Assembly (NCBI GenBank): GCA_963743635.1
Contig: CAVUQO010000003.1
Coordinates: 672,001-736,000 of the forward strand
DNA: 64,000 nt
Source of the DNA: Candidatus Babeliales bacterium
GTDB lineage: Bacteria; Babelota; Babeliae; Babelales; Vermiphilaceae
Reading direction: 5' to 3'
The notes under the pieces were generated by a model. The model saw only the letters and a program-made list of their open reading frames with translations. It was not told where the DNA came from and did not search any database. A program made the position numbers and the translations under genes. Below are positions 21,657 to 32,431 of this stretch, piece by piece (position 1 is the first letter of the stretch; each line of letters starts with the position of its first letter).

Positions 21657-23266
21657 ATGAATAAACGTAGTGTATCAGTCTTAATAATGTGTCTAGGCAT
21701 CGCTATATGTTTGCCGTCATCGGCCAATCCAACAGACGATCAAATCGCGCGTGCAATCAGCGGAGAATTACCGTTTGCAGAACACGATGCATCGGATGTA
21801 GTCCGTAAAAAGAAGAAACGTTGGAAGAAATTGTGCGATGTAATTGTTAGTAAATGCTTAAGGGCAGGCGCGCTTAAAGTAGATGGTAATCTCGTGATTG
21901 ATGGTAACTTAACAGTAAATGATCTTTTGATTAATCACGCAGTAGCGTGCACTATCACGGGTGGTCTTGATGGGCAAGCATTGATAGGGTCAACTGGTTC
22001 AAATCCGGTTTTTAATTTCATAACTTCAGATTCTCATCACTCGGTTACTTTTTCTCCGGGTTCTGGATCGTTGGGTCTTGAAGCGGTAGCATTTTTTGGA
22101 AACGTAGCGCGCGTCGATCAAATATATGGTAACGATGCTACGGGTCTTGTGGGTGGAGCGCCATTTGCAACGATTACTGCAGCATTGGCTGCTGCGGGAA
22201 CCTATACTACGATATATGGTGATCCGGTAGTAGTATGGGTATTTCCCGGGGTGTATAGTGATACTGCATATTCTCCCGAAACGTTTCCCCTTAATATTTC
22301 CAATAACGTAAGTCTTGTAGGCATAGCAGCGGGTGCTCGCCCTGATGTTGGTGGGGTTACGATTCAGCAGCTCAGCGCTGCGGGGACGTCAACGTTAATC
22401 ACCATGGGGGTGGATACATTACTTGCAAATGTATCTTTACAACTGAGTACCACGAACAATGTTGCCCTTACGGGAATTTCTATTGCCACCGGACCTGCAA
22501 CAATTGATTCTATAGATTTAAATGTGAGTGCAGAATCAGGATCGGCAAATGCATATGGCATTCATGGTACCGGCGCAGCAACCATAGAGGATTCTGTAAT
22601 TACGGTTTCATCAACGGGAACTCAGGCGACGGCGGGTATTTTAGTTGATACTGCCAACGCCATCATGATGAGCAATAGCACTATAATGGTAACGAATACT
22701 GGGGGGGGAGCGCTGTAGGTGCAGAAACCAATAATGCCAGTGCATCATTCATTGCAAACGCATCAAGTGTGAGTGGTACTACTTCAGACATTTCACAACT
22801 TGCAGGGTCCATAATGCTTGCAGGCACAACGCTGGCGCACTCAACGGCAAATAATGGTTCATTTGCTAGTGCCTTTTCTCCTACCTTGCTTGTTTGGAAT
22901 TCACACACTGGGACCGGCACTGTACTTACTGGCACCAATTATATGGTGCCGGGAACTGCTGCGGTGAGCGCCTCCAATCCAGCTAATTTTGGGTATATTA
23001 TACCGCAGCAATCAATTGTAAGGAATTTACATGTGTATGCAGAAGAAGCTCCTGGTACAGGAAGAACTACTACCTTTACCTTATATAAAAATGGATCTGT
23101 AACTTCATTGACAACGTCTCTGAGTGGCACGGTGACTGCTAATAATGATCCTACTCATAGCGTATTATGCGAGGCTGGCGATGTACTTTCAATGCAGCTG
23201 ATTAATCCTTCATCGGGCACAGGATCTTCTTTGGGTAATATTTCGGTAAATGTAGAATTATATTAG
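21657..23266 (+). CDS. A2: paralog of A1, split by a frameshift at a G8 tract (22701-22708)
   Basis: Same motifs as A1 and A3; homology continues as AVGAETNNASASFIANAS in the next frame; G9 would restore the frame. Confidence 0.75.
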
Positions 23267-23328
23267 CGCTTAGTACATATAGTATATGTTTGATATGTGC
23301 GAAAAAGTGGTTTAAAAAGGAGCGTATT

Positions 23329-25212
23329 ATGAAAAAATACATGATATCACTATTATTATATTGCGTTGGGGTGAGCATGTGTACGCTGGGTGCTTCTCAT
23401 GCTTTCCAGGATGAACTACGTAATGTAAGTTTGGAAGATCTAGCTACGATCGGTAATCATCTTTCTGATCAGGATTATAGCATTTTAATTAAAAATGCTG
23501 ATATTGACTGTGTGTATATTCCAGATTCTTTAAAAGATGCGATTAAAGTTCTCATGCATCGGTATACTGATTTTGAAACGCATATCGATATATCTCCATT
23601 GTTGCTTAATGATACAATACACATTGCGGCGGAGGAAGACATATTGGTATGTATGCAAAAAGTGGTTGATATCTTGGATGTCGCAGAAATTGAAAAAACA
23701 GATCCTGCATTAAAAATAATAGGCGAATATATGCGAGATCTTGCATCGGGCGAGGCATTTATTTTTTCAGAGCAACAAGATGAGCATGAGGAAAATGTGC
23801 GTAAAAAAAAGTGCAAAACCTATTGCAATCTTTTGGTGCGCAATTGCTTACGCGCAGGAGCGGTGACGGTCAGCGGTAATGCGGTTATTGATGGTACGCT
23901 CACGGTGGATGGCACGGTCATTAATAATAATAGTAGCGCGGCCTTTAAATTTCCCGATGGTACGAATGGTCAACTGTTGATTGGGTCTACGGGGGGAATA
24001 GCTCAGTTTGCAAGCGCTACTTCATCAGATGGTTCTATTATTTTGATCCCTGGTCCTGGCACATTAGAACTTGAAGCTGTTCCTGTGTTTGGGAATGTAG
24101 CTCGCGTTGATCAGATATTTGGTAATGATAGCACTGGCAAGGTGAGCGGTGCGCCCTTCCTCACGATTGGTGCAGCGTTGAATGCTGCAGCTGCATATGC
24201 TTCGGGACCGGTGGTAGTCTGGGTGTTTCCAGGAATATATAATGAAGCGATTATCATTCCCGATAATGTCAGTGTTGTGGGTGTTTCTATGGGTGGCTCT
24301 GTGAATGTTGGCGGCATTACGATTCAGCAAACGAGTGGTGCTACAACGTTAGTAACTATGGGACAAAATACAGCGCTTGAAAATATTACCCTACAATTAA
24401 CCGGAAACAGTACATCTACTTTCACGGGCATTGATATTCCTACGGGGCCTGCGACGATCAATCGCACAAGATTAGAGGTTAATAATACTACGGGAACAGC
24501 ATATGGCATTTTGGCTTCTGGTGATACTGCCGTAAATGTGGATGCATCGAATATCACAACTATCTCAGGAGGAACCTCCCGAGGTGTTTACGTTAATGGT
24601 GCTGCCAACGTCATCATGAGTAAGAGCACGATAACAACATCGGGTTATAATGCGATTGGTGTAGAAACAGTCAATGAATATGGATTATTCACTGCAAATG
24701 CATCGATTATTAGTGGGACAACAGCAGATATTTCAGAAAGTGCCGGGGATATTATCCTTGCAGGCACAACGTTGGCAAACTCAACAGCAAATTACCTTGG
24801 ATTCACTACTACAATCTCACCAGCAATAATATCTTTTGCAACTCTGAGTAACACATTAACTGGCGGCGTCCCCAATTCGGGTGCAGTGTTTCCAGGGACA
24901 GCGGCAGTCGTTATATACAACGGCTCTCATCATGATCGCAATATTGGCTATACTCCCCCTCAGAAATTGACGGTTAAAAATATGTATGTGGCAACTACAG
25001 CACCTGTTGTGAGTAACCTATTTAATGTTAATCTGTATTATAACAACTTTGGCAGGCTGGCATCACCCACCTTTGATACATATACTACTGCGGTGAATGT
25101 TACTGATGCTAGTGGAATGAGCACTTCGAGTGATCTGATTATTGTGCAAATAGACTGGGACCTTGAGTCTACTCAAATTACTGATCTCATGATAAGCGCG
25201 GTTCTATATTAA
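23329..25212 (+). CDS. A3: paralog of A1 with a longer acidic N-terminal region
   Basis: AAGGAG RBS, MKKYMISLL signal peptide, VRKKKCKTYCNLLVRNCLRA, RVDQIFGND, VVVWVFPG. Confidence 0.75.
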   Translation: MKKYMISLLLYCVGVSMCTLGASHAFQDELRNVSLEDLATIGNHLSDQDYSILIKNADIDCVYIPDSLKDAIKVLMHRYTDFETHIDISPLLLNDTIHIAAEEDILVCMQKVVDILDVAEIEKTDPALKIIGEYMRDLASGEAFIFSEQQDEHEENVRKKKCKTYCNLLVRNCLRAGAVTVSGNAVIDGTLTVDGTVINNNSSAAFKFPDGTNGQLLIGSTGGIAQFASATSSDGSIILIPGPGTLELEAVPVFGNVARVDQIFGNDSTGKVSGAPFLTIGAALNAAAAYASGPVVVWVFPGIYNEAIIIPDNVSVVGVSMGGSVNVGGITIQQTSGATTLVTMGQNTALENITLQLTGNSTSTFTGIDIPTGPATINRTRLEVNNTTGTAYGILASGDTAVNVDASNITTISGGTSRGVYVNGAANVIMSKSTITTSGYNAIGVETVNEYGLFTANASIISGTTADISESAGDIILAGTTLANSTANYLGFTTTISPAIISFATLSNTLTGGVPNSGAVFPGTAAVVIYNGSHHDRNIGYTPPQKLTVKNMYVATTAPVVSNLFNVNLYYNNFGRLASPTFDTYTTAVNVTDASGMSTSSDLIIVQIDWDLESTQITDLMISAVLY

Positions 25213-25228
25213 GCATATGGGCCCGACT

Positions 25229-25265
25229 AAAGAAAGAACCTCCGAATTTCATCGGAGGTTCTTTT
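25229..25265. terminator. Bidirectional terminator between A3 and P4
   Basis: AAAGAACCTCCGA-ATTTCA-TCGGAGGTTCTTT. Confidence 0.8.
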
Positions 25266-25293
25266 ATTTATGTGAGGTACGTAAGTACCGACT

Positions 25294-25338
25294 GCTCATC
25301 CTGCGTAATGCGGTGCGTATGTAACGACGATGGAAGGG
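25294..25338. repeat. Single degenerate family-1 REP arm abutting the P4 stop codon
   Basis: GCTCATCCTG...GGAAGGG immediately before TCA at 25339. Confidence 0.55.
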
Positions 25339-27291
25339 TCAGTTATATGAAGTACCTGCCTTCAACCATAAGCCCCATTGTGTGAGCGCACAGCTGGTGC
25401 AGCATGAACCGCAATTGGTGGAACAATTTGATGATGAGCATGATGTATCACAACAGTCACCATACGGTTGCGGCACGAAGCATACTTTGCTGGTGTTGCC
25501 AAATTCTACTTCGGCACCAAAGCCAAAATATGGCGTCCAATTTGTTTCTTCGCGATCATTCCATCCCCAATTTAGATGAGTAAATATTTTATTGGAGATG
25601 CCGCGCGCGCCTTGAAGATTGAAGTTAGATTCTCGAATTAGAATCGGTGCGCTTGAGGTATACAGTTGATTTGCAGGATATTCACTGATTGCTTGGTCAA
25701 CGTAGCGGGTTACTTCGATACCAGTAGCCGTACCGAAGGTGGCAGTTGCAGCAATTGAACTATCGGCGTACATGTTAGAAGGATCTTGTGGTGTAACGGG
25801 CGTGTAGTCGACGCCATTACGTAAGTTTGAGCCTTGATGAATGGTGGCAGTGCTATCAGTTGCAGCGACGGGGACTGGTTGCACTGCATAAGGATACATT
25901 GCATCATCTGCTACAAAGCCGTAGACACGGTTATCGCCTTTGAGGGCCCAGCAACCATATGGTTTTGATGTGCATTCATTGATGCAGATCTTTTCGCACG
26001 ATTTGCCCCAGAAGTTGTATCCAATATCCCATGCGAAATTATCCCTTTGATATTGAAAGCTAAATGCCATATCAGCTTGCGCACCAACACTGACACGTAC
26101 ATCACGTTGCGTTAAATTAGCAACGGGTGCAAATTCATTGGCAAATGCAATACCTGCATTGGATTCGCCATCAAGTACTGGGTTAGAGTTTTCATTTGAT
26201 GCAAGGCGTTGTGCAATCATGTATCGGCTACTTGTACCATTACATGCCAAATCAAAACAGCGTCTTTGATTGGTGCTAAACAAATGCATGATATTGATTT
26301 CAGCAAAGAATCCAAAGCGTGATTCATCAGTATCAGAACGCCACCACATATGATGTGCAGTTATTTGTCCGCCAAGTTCCCAAAATTTGCCATTACCTAT
26401 AATTGGTTCAAAAAGATAATCGCCTTTGCACCCATAACCAGGTCGTGTGCCAGTTGGAGCCGCAGTGTAGATACCAAGCCCAAGGTGGTAATCTCCTTCA
26501 TCATCGTTCAAAAAATTCCAGCCTAGCACGAAGCGCACTTCACCAAAACCGTTCAATGTCACTTGACTTTGATCGCATTGAGCTACAATTTGACTGCACA
26601 TGAGTGATTCCCAACATACATTATCAGGAAGTGATGGTACGCAGCCACTGCTATAATTTAAAAACTGGCTGTTGAGATCGGTAACAGTAACCGAACTTGT
26701 TTCGCTGTCATTACTGATTGTGTCTGGTCCAAAATAACCTTGGAAATAACCGACGGTGCCATTTGAGATGATGCTTTCTTTAGCATTGAGAGTCCAAGCC
26801 GTGTGTACGTATGGCGCATGAAGTCTGAAATATAATCCTTCAACCCATTGGTCAAGGCCGGTATAAAAACTAAAATCTAAAAGATAATTGGTGATGTGGG
26901 GATTAAAGCTGACAGAACTTTTAAAATCGCGTGGTAATCCAAAATAATCAGCAAGCCAATCTGAGGGTCCTCGATCATTGCGTTGCGATCCCGAAACGAT
27001 AATTGATGGTCCGCAATCACTGCATACCAAATCATTGCCAAAGAGAGCTCCAGTCAGATGATCATCTCGGAAAGTACGCGTATAAGCAAAGGTAAGATTC
27101 ATGCTTGCGTAAAATTCATCACCCAATTTTCGATTGATACCCCAATTAGGATTGTTCCAACCAACCATTTGGCGTGCAGTATCCAAACTTTGTGATCGCG
27201 GAATAATTTTGGTTACGGTACCTGCATGGGTGAAATGTACGATACTAGTGCAAGCGATTAACAGCATTAATTTTTTGGTGAATTTCTTCAT
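25339..27291 (-). CDS. P4: Cys-rich putative outer-membrane beta-barrel paralog
   Basis: Intact; all family motifs; Cys-rich penultimate loop; ends WGLWLKAGTSYN. Confidence 0.85.
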   Translation of the reverse strand: MKKFTKKLMLLIACTSIVHFTHAGTVTKIIPRSQSLDTARQMVGWNNPNWGINRKLGDEFYASMNLTFAYTRTFRDDHLTGALFGNDLVCSDCGPSIIVSGSQRNDRGPSDWLADYFGLPRDFKSSVSFNPHITNYLLDFSFYTGLDQWVEGLYFRLHAPYVHTAWTLNAKESIISNGTVGYFQGYFGPDTISNDSETSSVTVTDLNSQFLNYSSGCVPSLPDNVCWESLMCSQIVAQCDQSQVTLNGFGEVRFVLGWNFLNDDEGDYHLGLGIYTAAPTGTRPGYGCKGDYLFEPIIGNGKFWELGGQITAHHMWWRSDTDESRFGFFAEINIMHLFSTNQRRCFDLACNGTSSRYMIAQRLASNENSNPVLDGESNAGIAFANEFAPVANLTQRDVRVSVGAQADMAFSFQYQRDNFAWDIGYNFWGKSCEKICINECTSKPYGCWALKGDNRVYGFVADDAMYPYAVQPVPVAATDSTATIHQGSNLRNGVDYTPVTPQDPSNMYADSSIAATATFGTATGIEVTRYVDQAISEYPANQLYTSSAPILIRESNFNLQGARGISNKIFTHLNWGWNDREETNWTPYFGFGAEVEFGNTSKVCFVPQPYGDCCDTSCSSSNCSTNCGSCCTSCALTQWGLWLKAGTSYN

Positions 27292-27375
27292 GCCCAACTC
27301 CTTATATTTTTACTCTTATTTTTTTACACATTAAGATATACCTTTTTTTGAAGGTTTATTCTACGACGGAAGGAA

Positions 27376-29358
27376 TCAGTTGTATGATGTGCCAATCTTG
27401 AACCAGACACCCCATTGATTTGGCGCGCAATTCGGGCAGCATTCACCACTATTGCTGCAATTATTGATGGTGCGTGAGCAGCTCACTATAGTACAACCTG
27501 TTTGGAAACAATTGTTTGGGCAGCAGGGACCTTTTGCAGAACTGAGTTCAACTTCAGCACCTACGCCAAGATAGGGAACCCAGTTACGATTTTCATTTTC
27601 AGTCCACGCCCAATTAAAATGGGTAAATAATTTGTGTGAAAAACCAGTAGTGCCACCCAGATTGAAATCGCATTCCTGAATGAAAATTGGTGGATTTGAG
27701 GCATATATGGCAATTGAGCTTTCTGGAAGTATGGCAACATTATTGTCGGCAAGAGATACAATGTTATCAGCATAAAAATTAGTAACTTGCATCGGTTGTA
27801 TGGGAGTGTAATCAACTGAATGAGTTAAATTTGAACCAGCATGAATTGTCGCTTGACTATCGCTGACTGCGAGTTTAATGGCGAGTGATTGCATCGGTCC
27901 ATTATTAACAAAACCATAAACGCGTTCATCACCTTTTAATGCCCAGGTTCCCATTGATGAAGAAGAGCTGTTATTAATGCATAATTTCTCGCAACTTCTT
28001 CCCCAGAAATTATATCCAAGATCCCATTGGAAGCCATTCATGTTATAAGATAAACAGAAGGCAACATCACCTTGAGCAGAAATAGTAGAAGTGACACTCC
28101 GGCGTGTTAGATTTGCAACGGGAGCATAATTATTAGCAAATTCTAAACCAAGTGTGTCGACTGCAGATTCAAGCATAGGATATGTAGTGCCATTTGAAGA
28201 GAGTTCTTGCGCTAACATATAGCGGCTATTGATACCCGCTGAGCAAAGATCAAAACAGCGTGTTTGGCATGCTGCAAAAAGATGGGTGATATTTGCTTCA
28301 AGGTAAAATCCGAAACTTTTTTCTTCATCATCACTTCTCCACCAAATCTGATGAGCAGTTATTTGACCACCAAGTTCCCAATGTTTGCCATTACCCACAA
28401 TCGGCTCAAAAGCATAGAGTCCTGTTTTTCCTTCCCCGATACGACTACCCGTTGGGGCTGCCGCATAGATTCCAGCACCAAGATGGTAATCAGCTGCTGC
28501 ATTATCGAGGAAATTATACCCAAGTACAAAGCGTAGTTCAGCAAATCCGTTGAGTACAAGATTGTCGCATGCACAGCTATTATCAAATCTACTGCAACAC
28601 AATGGCTGCCAGGTAATCGTTCCAAGATCTGAACACGGTCCATATGTTTCGCAAGAGGCCTCTCCATATAATGCATAATTATTATTGATGCGTGGTACTG
28701 TATTGCCATTACCATATTCTAAAAATGTTCTTGTAAGATTGGCTACAGGAACATCATTGCTTGAAAAATAGCCTTGAAAGTAACCAAGAGATCCTGTTGA
28801 AGTTATGTTTTCTGTTGCATTAAGGCTCCAACGAGTATTTACATAAGGTCCATAAATTTTGAAATATAATCCATTAAGCCATCGATCGAGACCGAGATAA
28901 AGGCTGAAATCCAAAATAAAATTTTGAATACGAGGAACAAGCAAAACCGTGCTTTGATAATCACGGGGTAAACCAAAATAATCAGCGAGCCAATCATGTG
29001 GCCCCCTGTCTGATGCGGCTGAACCGGAAATATAGAGCCCTTGCGTAACAATATTCACGCCAGCCTCAATAGCGGTAGTATTACATATGCATGAGGTATC
29101 GTCGCCGAAAAGACTATATGCAAGATTTGCTGGTTTGAATGTTCGTGTGTATTCGAAGGTGAGATTGAAGCTGGTATACAAGCTATCTTGTGGATAACGA
29201 TTGATACCCCATTCAGGATTATTCCAGCCAACCATTTGGCGCGCTGCATTAAAACTTTGTGAGCGAGGAATTATTTTATTGGTGGTGCCTGCATTACAAA
29301 GATGCGCCATGCTCATAAGCATTGTAAGACAAAGTAATATGCGGTTGCATTGAGTCAT
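27376..29358 (-). CDS. P5: Cys-rich putative outer-membrane beta-barrel paralog
   Basis: Intact; family motifs; ends WGVWFKIGTSYN. Confidence 0.85.
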   Translation of the reverse strand: MTQCNRILLCLTMLMSMAHLCNAGTTNKIIPRSQSFNAARQMVGWNNPEWGINRYPQDSLYTSFNLTFEYTRTFKPANLAYSLFGDDTSCICNTTAIEAGVNIVTQGLYISGSAASDRGPHDWLADYFGLPRDYQSTVLLVPRIQNFILDFSLYLGLDRWLNGLYFKIYGPYVNTRWSLNATENITSTGSLGYFQGYFSSNDVPVANLTRTFLEYGNGNTVPRINNNYALYGEASCETYGPCSDLGTITWQPLCCSRFDNSCACDNLVLNGFAELRFVLGYNFLDNAAADYHLGAGIYAAAPTGSRIGEGKTGLYAFEPIVGNGKHWELGGQITAHQIWWRSDDEEKSFGFYLEANITHLFAACQTRCFDLCSAGINSRYMLAQELSSNGTTYPMLESAVDTLGLEFANNYAPVANLTRRSVTSTISAQGDVAFCLSYNMNGFQWDLGYNFWGRSCEKLCINNSSSSSMGTWALKGDERVYGFVNNGPMQSLAIKLAVSDSQATIHAGSNLTHSVDYTPIQPMQVTNFYADNIVSLADNNVAILPESSIAIYASNPPIFIQECDFNLGGTTGFSHKLFTHFNWAWTENENRNWVPYLGVGAEVELSSAKGPCCPNNCFQTGCTIVSCSRTINNCSNSGECCPNCAPNQWGVWFKIGTSYN

Positions 29359-29408
29359 AAGAATAACTCCCTATTAACGTCGATGGTGTGATGTTCTTTC
29401 ATGAGGCT

Positions 29409-29445
29409 ATCTTAGAAACTTTTTAATTTCGTTTGCTAGAGTTTT
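29409..29445 (-). promoter_or_regulatory. Shared paralog promoter motif upstream of P5
   Basis: AAAACTC-TAGCAA-N18-TAAGAT. Confidence 0.45.
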
Positions 29446-29508
29446 ATAAATCTTATGATTTGGGTTATATAAGCTGAGCACTTCGTTACTGGGATATTGT
29501 AAATCATC

Positions 29509-29757
29509 TTACTCCGCATCCTTCGTCACATTTTTCATGTCACGCAAGACGTGAACATGAAAAATACTCAGGACGATCGGAGGAGAGGGTGGTTTTTTAG
29601 ATGAAAGCACCTCATTACTATAGGTATAAATTTATTATATATTTCCTTATAACAGAGTATTACTTCCACAATACATCAAATTTTTTCTCCGATCGTCCTG
29701 GGTGTTCTGAGAGCGAATGTAATGAGCACGAGGAACGTGACGAAGGATGCGGAGTAA
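29509..29757. repeat. REP/REPIN-like inverted doublet, family 1
   Basis: Perfect 21-bp outer inverted repeat TTACTCCGCATCCTTCGTCAC, inner ACTCAGGACGATCGGAG / CTCCGATCGTCCTGGGT, AT-rich spacer. Confidence 0.85.
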
Positions 29758-29780
29758 AATGGCGTGCGATATTTCTAAAT

Positions 29781-29814
29781 AAAAAAGCCCCCGACTTTCA
29801 TCGAGGGCTTTTTT
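29781..29814 (-). terminator. Terminator of P6
   Basis: AAAAAAGCCCCCGA-CTTTCA-TCGAGGGCTTTTTT. Confidence 0.75.
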
Positions 29815-29893
29815 ATTTATGTGCGGTACATTATGTACCGACTGCGTCCGGCATAGTTTGCCGAGCCCGAAGGCCCGGATAAACGACGACGGA

Positions 29894-32026
29894 TCAATTG
29901 TATGATGTACCAATCTTGAACCAGATGCCCCATTGGCTGAGTGCGCAATCTATACAATTGGTTGGAGCTGGAGCACGTCGTGGAAGGCCAACGCATGGTG
30001 TAGTATCGCATGCTTGAGTTGGATAGCTATTGGAACTTGTTGCGCACGGGTTACAAGTAGAAGGGCATGGATTGCAGGTTGAGCTGCAGCTACTGCTTGA
30101 TTCCGTTTTGCATTTGATTGGATAGCAACCGCTTTCAGTTGCGCCAAATTCAATTTCACCGCCCAAGGTTACATATGGAGTCCAAGTTTCATTAGAGCAC
30201 CATTTCCAAGTGAAGTTCGTGAATGCCTTGTTAGAGGTACCGCGAGTTCCGGTGAGATCGAAATCACTTTCTTGGATGAAAATAGGTGGGTTAGAATCGT
30301 ACATTACGGCAGAACCTGCAGCAGGAGGAGTAGATGGTAGCGTCCACACAGCATTCTGATTGTTAGTCTTATCAAGCGAAGCATTATCTGCAAATGCGTT
30401 TACAGCATCTACTGGATTTACTGGAGTGTAATCAATGTTGTTGTACATATTTGAACCACTATAGATGGTAGCGCGGCTATCAGTTGCAGGAATCTTGAGT
30501 GCTACAATATCCGCTGGCGGCCTTGTAACTGAAGGAGGCACGAGTGCAAAGCCATAGACTCGTTGGTCACCCTTGAGTGCCCAATTGCCGACACTGCTTT
30601 CTTGCACTGGGCAACAGCGCTGAATGCAAAGATCTTCACACGTTCTTCCCCAGAAGTTGTAACCAATATCCCATTGGAAACCTTCTGATTGGTACGTAGC
30701 GGTCACGGCGATATCACCTTGTACCGCGATAGTGCTGTACACTGCGCGTTGAGTAATGTTTGCAACTGGTGCATACACATTACCAAATTCTAAGCCAGAC
30801 GGGTTATATTCAGTACTAATTGCTGGAGAGCTGTTGCGGTTTGATTCGAGATACTGAGCTAACATATAGCGGCTATTGCTGCCTGCTGAATCAAGATCAA
30901 AGCAACGGATTTGGCTTGCGGCAAAAAGGTGAGTTGCATTTGCTTCAAGATAAATGCCACCACTCTTAGAATCATCTTGGCTATTCCAGAAGATATAGTG
31001 AGCAGTTACTTGAGCACCAAGTTCCCAGTGCTTACCGTTACCAATGATTGGTTCAAATAAGTAGCGCCCTTGATCGCCATCGCAGCCATCTTGTTTTCCG
31101 ATGCTCGTGCCTGTTGGCGCCGCTGCATAGATACCAAGACCAACATGATATTGTTCTTCTTCATCATTCAAGAAGTTCCAACCAAGCACTGCACGAAGTT
31201 CACCAAAACCATTGCGCGTTAATGAACCGTCTTCACAATCATTCGAAATTCTGCTATTGCAGAGTGATTGCCAAGTGATGTTGCCGAGTGATGTACAACC
31301 ACACGGGCCCTCAACATCGGGTGTGCAAATGGTATTGAGACAAGCATACTCAGCAGTTGAATCAAAATCATTATTGATTGTTGGAACACAACCATTGGCA
31401 TAGTTCAAGAAGCCCTTATTCATGTTTGTGATAGGCACTGCGTTGCTTGAGAAGTAGCCTTGGAAGTATGCACCATTCGCTGCAGTTCCTGGAGATGTAA
31501 CGGTTTCTCTTGCATTCAAGTTCCATTTAGTATGTACAAATGGGCCATGAATTCTGAAATATAAACCATCAATCCAAGAATCAAGACCAGCATAGAAACT
31601 GAAATCGATGAGGAAGTTACTGATTGTCGGTTTAAAAGTTACAGTACTTTGGAAATCACGTGGTAATCCAAAATAATCACCCAACCATTCGTTCCATGCT
31701 CTATCAGGAACAGCAGAACCACTGATCTTGATAGCTAGATCATCACATTCACCGCAGACTACCGCATCACCAAAGAGACTTTGTGTCAGGCGATTGTCTC
31801 TAAATGTTTTGGTATAGGCAAACGTTGCATTGAAGCTGGCATAGTAATCATCTTGAGGATAACGGTTGATGCCCCAGTTTGGATTGTTCCAGCCAACCAT
31901 TTGGCGAGCAGCGTCGAAACTTTGTGAACGGGGAACGATTTTAGTTGTAGTGCCTGCAATACCAAAGAGGTTGCCCGCGCTGATAAGCGCAGTCAGGCAG
32001 ATTAATTGTTTTTTTAGTTGATTCAT
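29894..32026 (-). CDS. P6: Cys-rich putative outer-membrane beta-barrel paralog
   Basis: Intact, 710 aa; STCNPCPSTCNPC repeat; ends WGIWFKIGTSYN. Confidence 0.85.
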   Translation of the reverse strand: MNQLKKQLICLTALISAGNLFGIAGTTTKIVPRSQSFDAARQMVGWNNPNWGINRYPQDDYYASFNATFAYTKTFRDNRLTQSLFGDAVVCGECDDLAIKISGSAVPDRAWNEWLGDYFGLPRDFQSTVTFKPTISNFLIDFSFYAGLDSWIDGLYFRIHGPFVHTKWNLNARETVTSPGTAANGAYFQGYFSSNAVPITNMNKGFLNYANGCVPTINNDFDSTAEYACLNTICTPDVEGPCGCTSLGNITWQSLCNSRISNDCEDGSLTRNGFGELRAVLGWNFLNDEEEQYHVGLGIYAAAPTGTSIGKQDGCDGDQGRYLFEPIIGNGKHWELGAQVTAHYIFWNSQDDSKSGGIYLEANATHLFAASQIRCFDLDSAGSNSRYMLAQYLESNRNSSPAISTEYNPSGLEFGNVYAPVANITQRAVYSTIAVQGDIAVTATYQSEGFQWDIGYNFWGRTCEDLCIQRCCPVQESSVGNWALKGDQRVYGFALVPPSVTRPPADIVALKIPATDSRATIYSGSNMYNNIDYTPVNPVDAVNAFADNASLDKTNNQNAVWTLPSTPPAAGSAVMYDSNPPIFIQESDFDLTGTRGTSNKAFTNFTWKWCSNETWTPYVTLGGEIEFGATESGCYPIKCKTESSSSCSSTCNPCPSTCNPCATSSNSYPTQACDTTPCVGLPRRAPAPTNCIDCALSQWGIWFKIGTSYN

Positions 32027-32211
32027 AAGAATAACTCCTTTTTATAAAGATATACGTTAAGGGAAATGGTTAACCGCATTAATGTTGGCGATATAATTTC
32101 CACTTTTAAATCAATACAATCTCCTTTCCATTGGTTTGTCTTAGCCTCGTTTTAAATTTTTCACTCTCTACTTTCTTACCAAGTAATGATTTTTTTTTCT
32201 AGAGTTTTTTT
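32027..32211 (-). promoter_or_regulatory. Promoter motif plus conserved double-SD leader of P6
   Basis: TAGAAA-N17-TAAGAA with an A9 tract; GAAAGGAG upstream SD; GGAAAT...ATTTCC stem; AAGGAGTTATTCTTATG start. Confidence 0.6.
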
Positions 32212-32344
32212 ATTCTAGTTCGCTAAAAGCGATAAATAACAGATTGTTGGCGTGCTCGAAATGGAATAATTTTACACAGTTTGCCGAATGAGAGCGCCGG
32301 ATCGTCGCTCATGTACCATCGAAGAGCCCCCGATTTTCACCCTC

Positions 32345-32381
32345 AAAAAAAGGGCCTCCGGTTTTAATCGGAGGCCCTCTT
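32345..32381 (-). terminator. Terminator of P7
   Basis: AGGGCCTCCG...CGGAGGCCCT stem with an A-tract (U-tract on the minus strand). Confidence 0.75.
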
Positions 32382-32431
32382 AGTACTTAGTTTGTTTGCT
32401 GAGATATGTTAGTTACAACACATCCAGATTA

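Noticed and set aside
20102..25212. Prophage tail genes
   Set aside because: The proteins carry Sec signal peptides and no capsid, terminase, portal or integrase genes are nearby.
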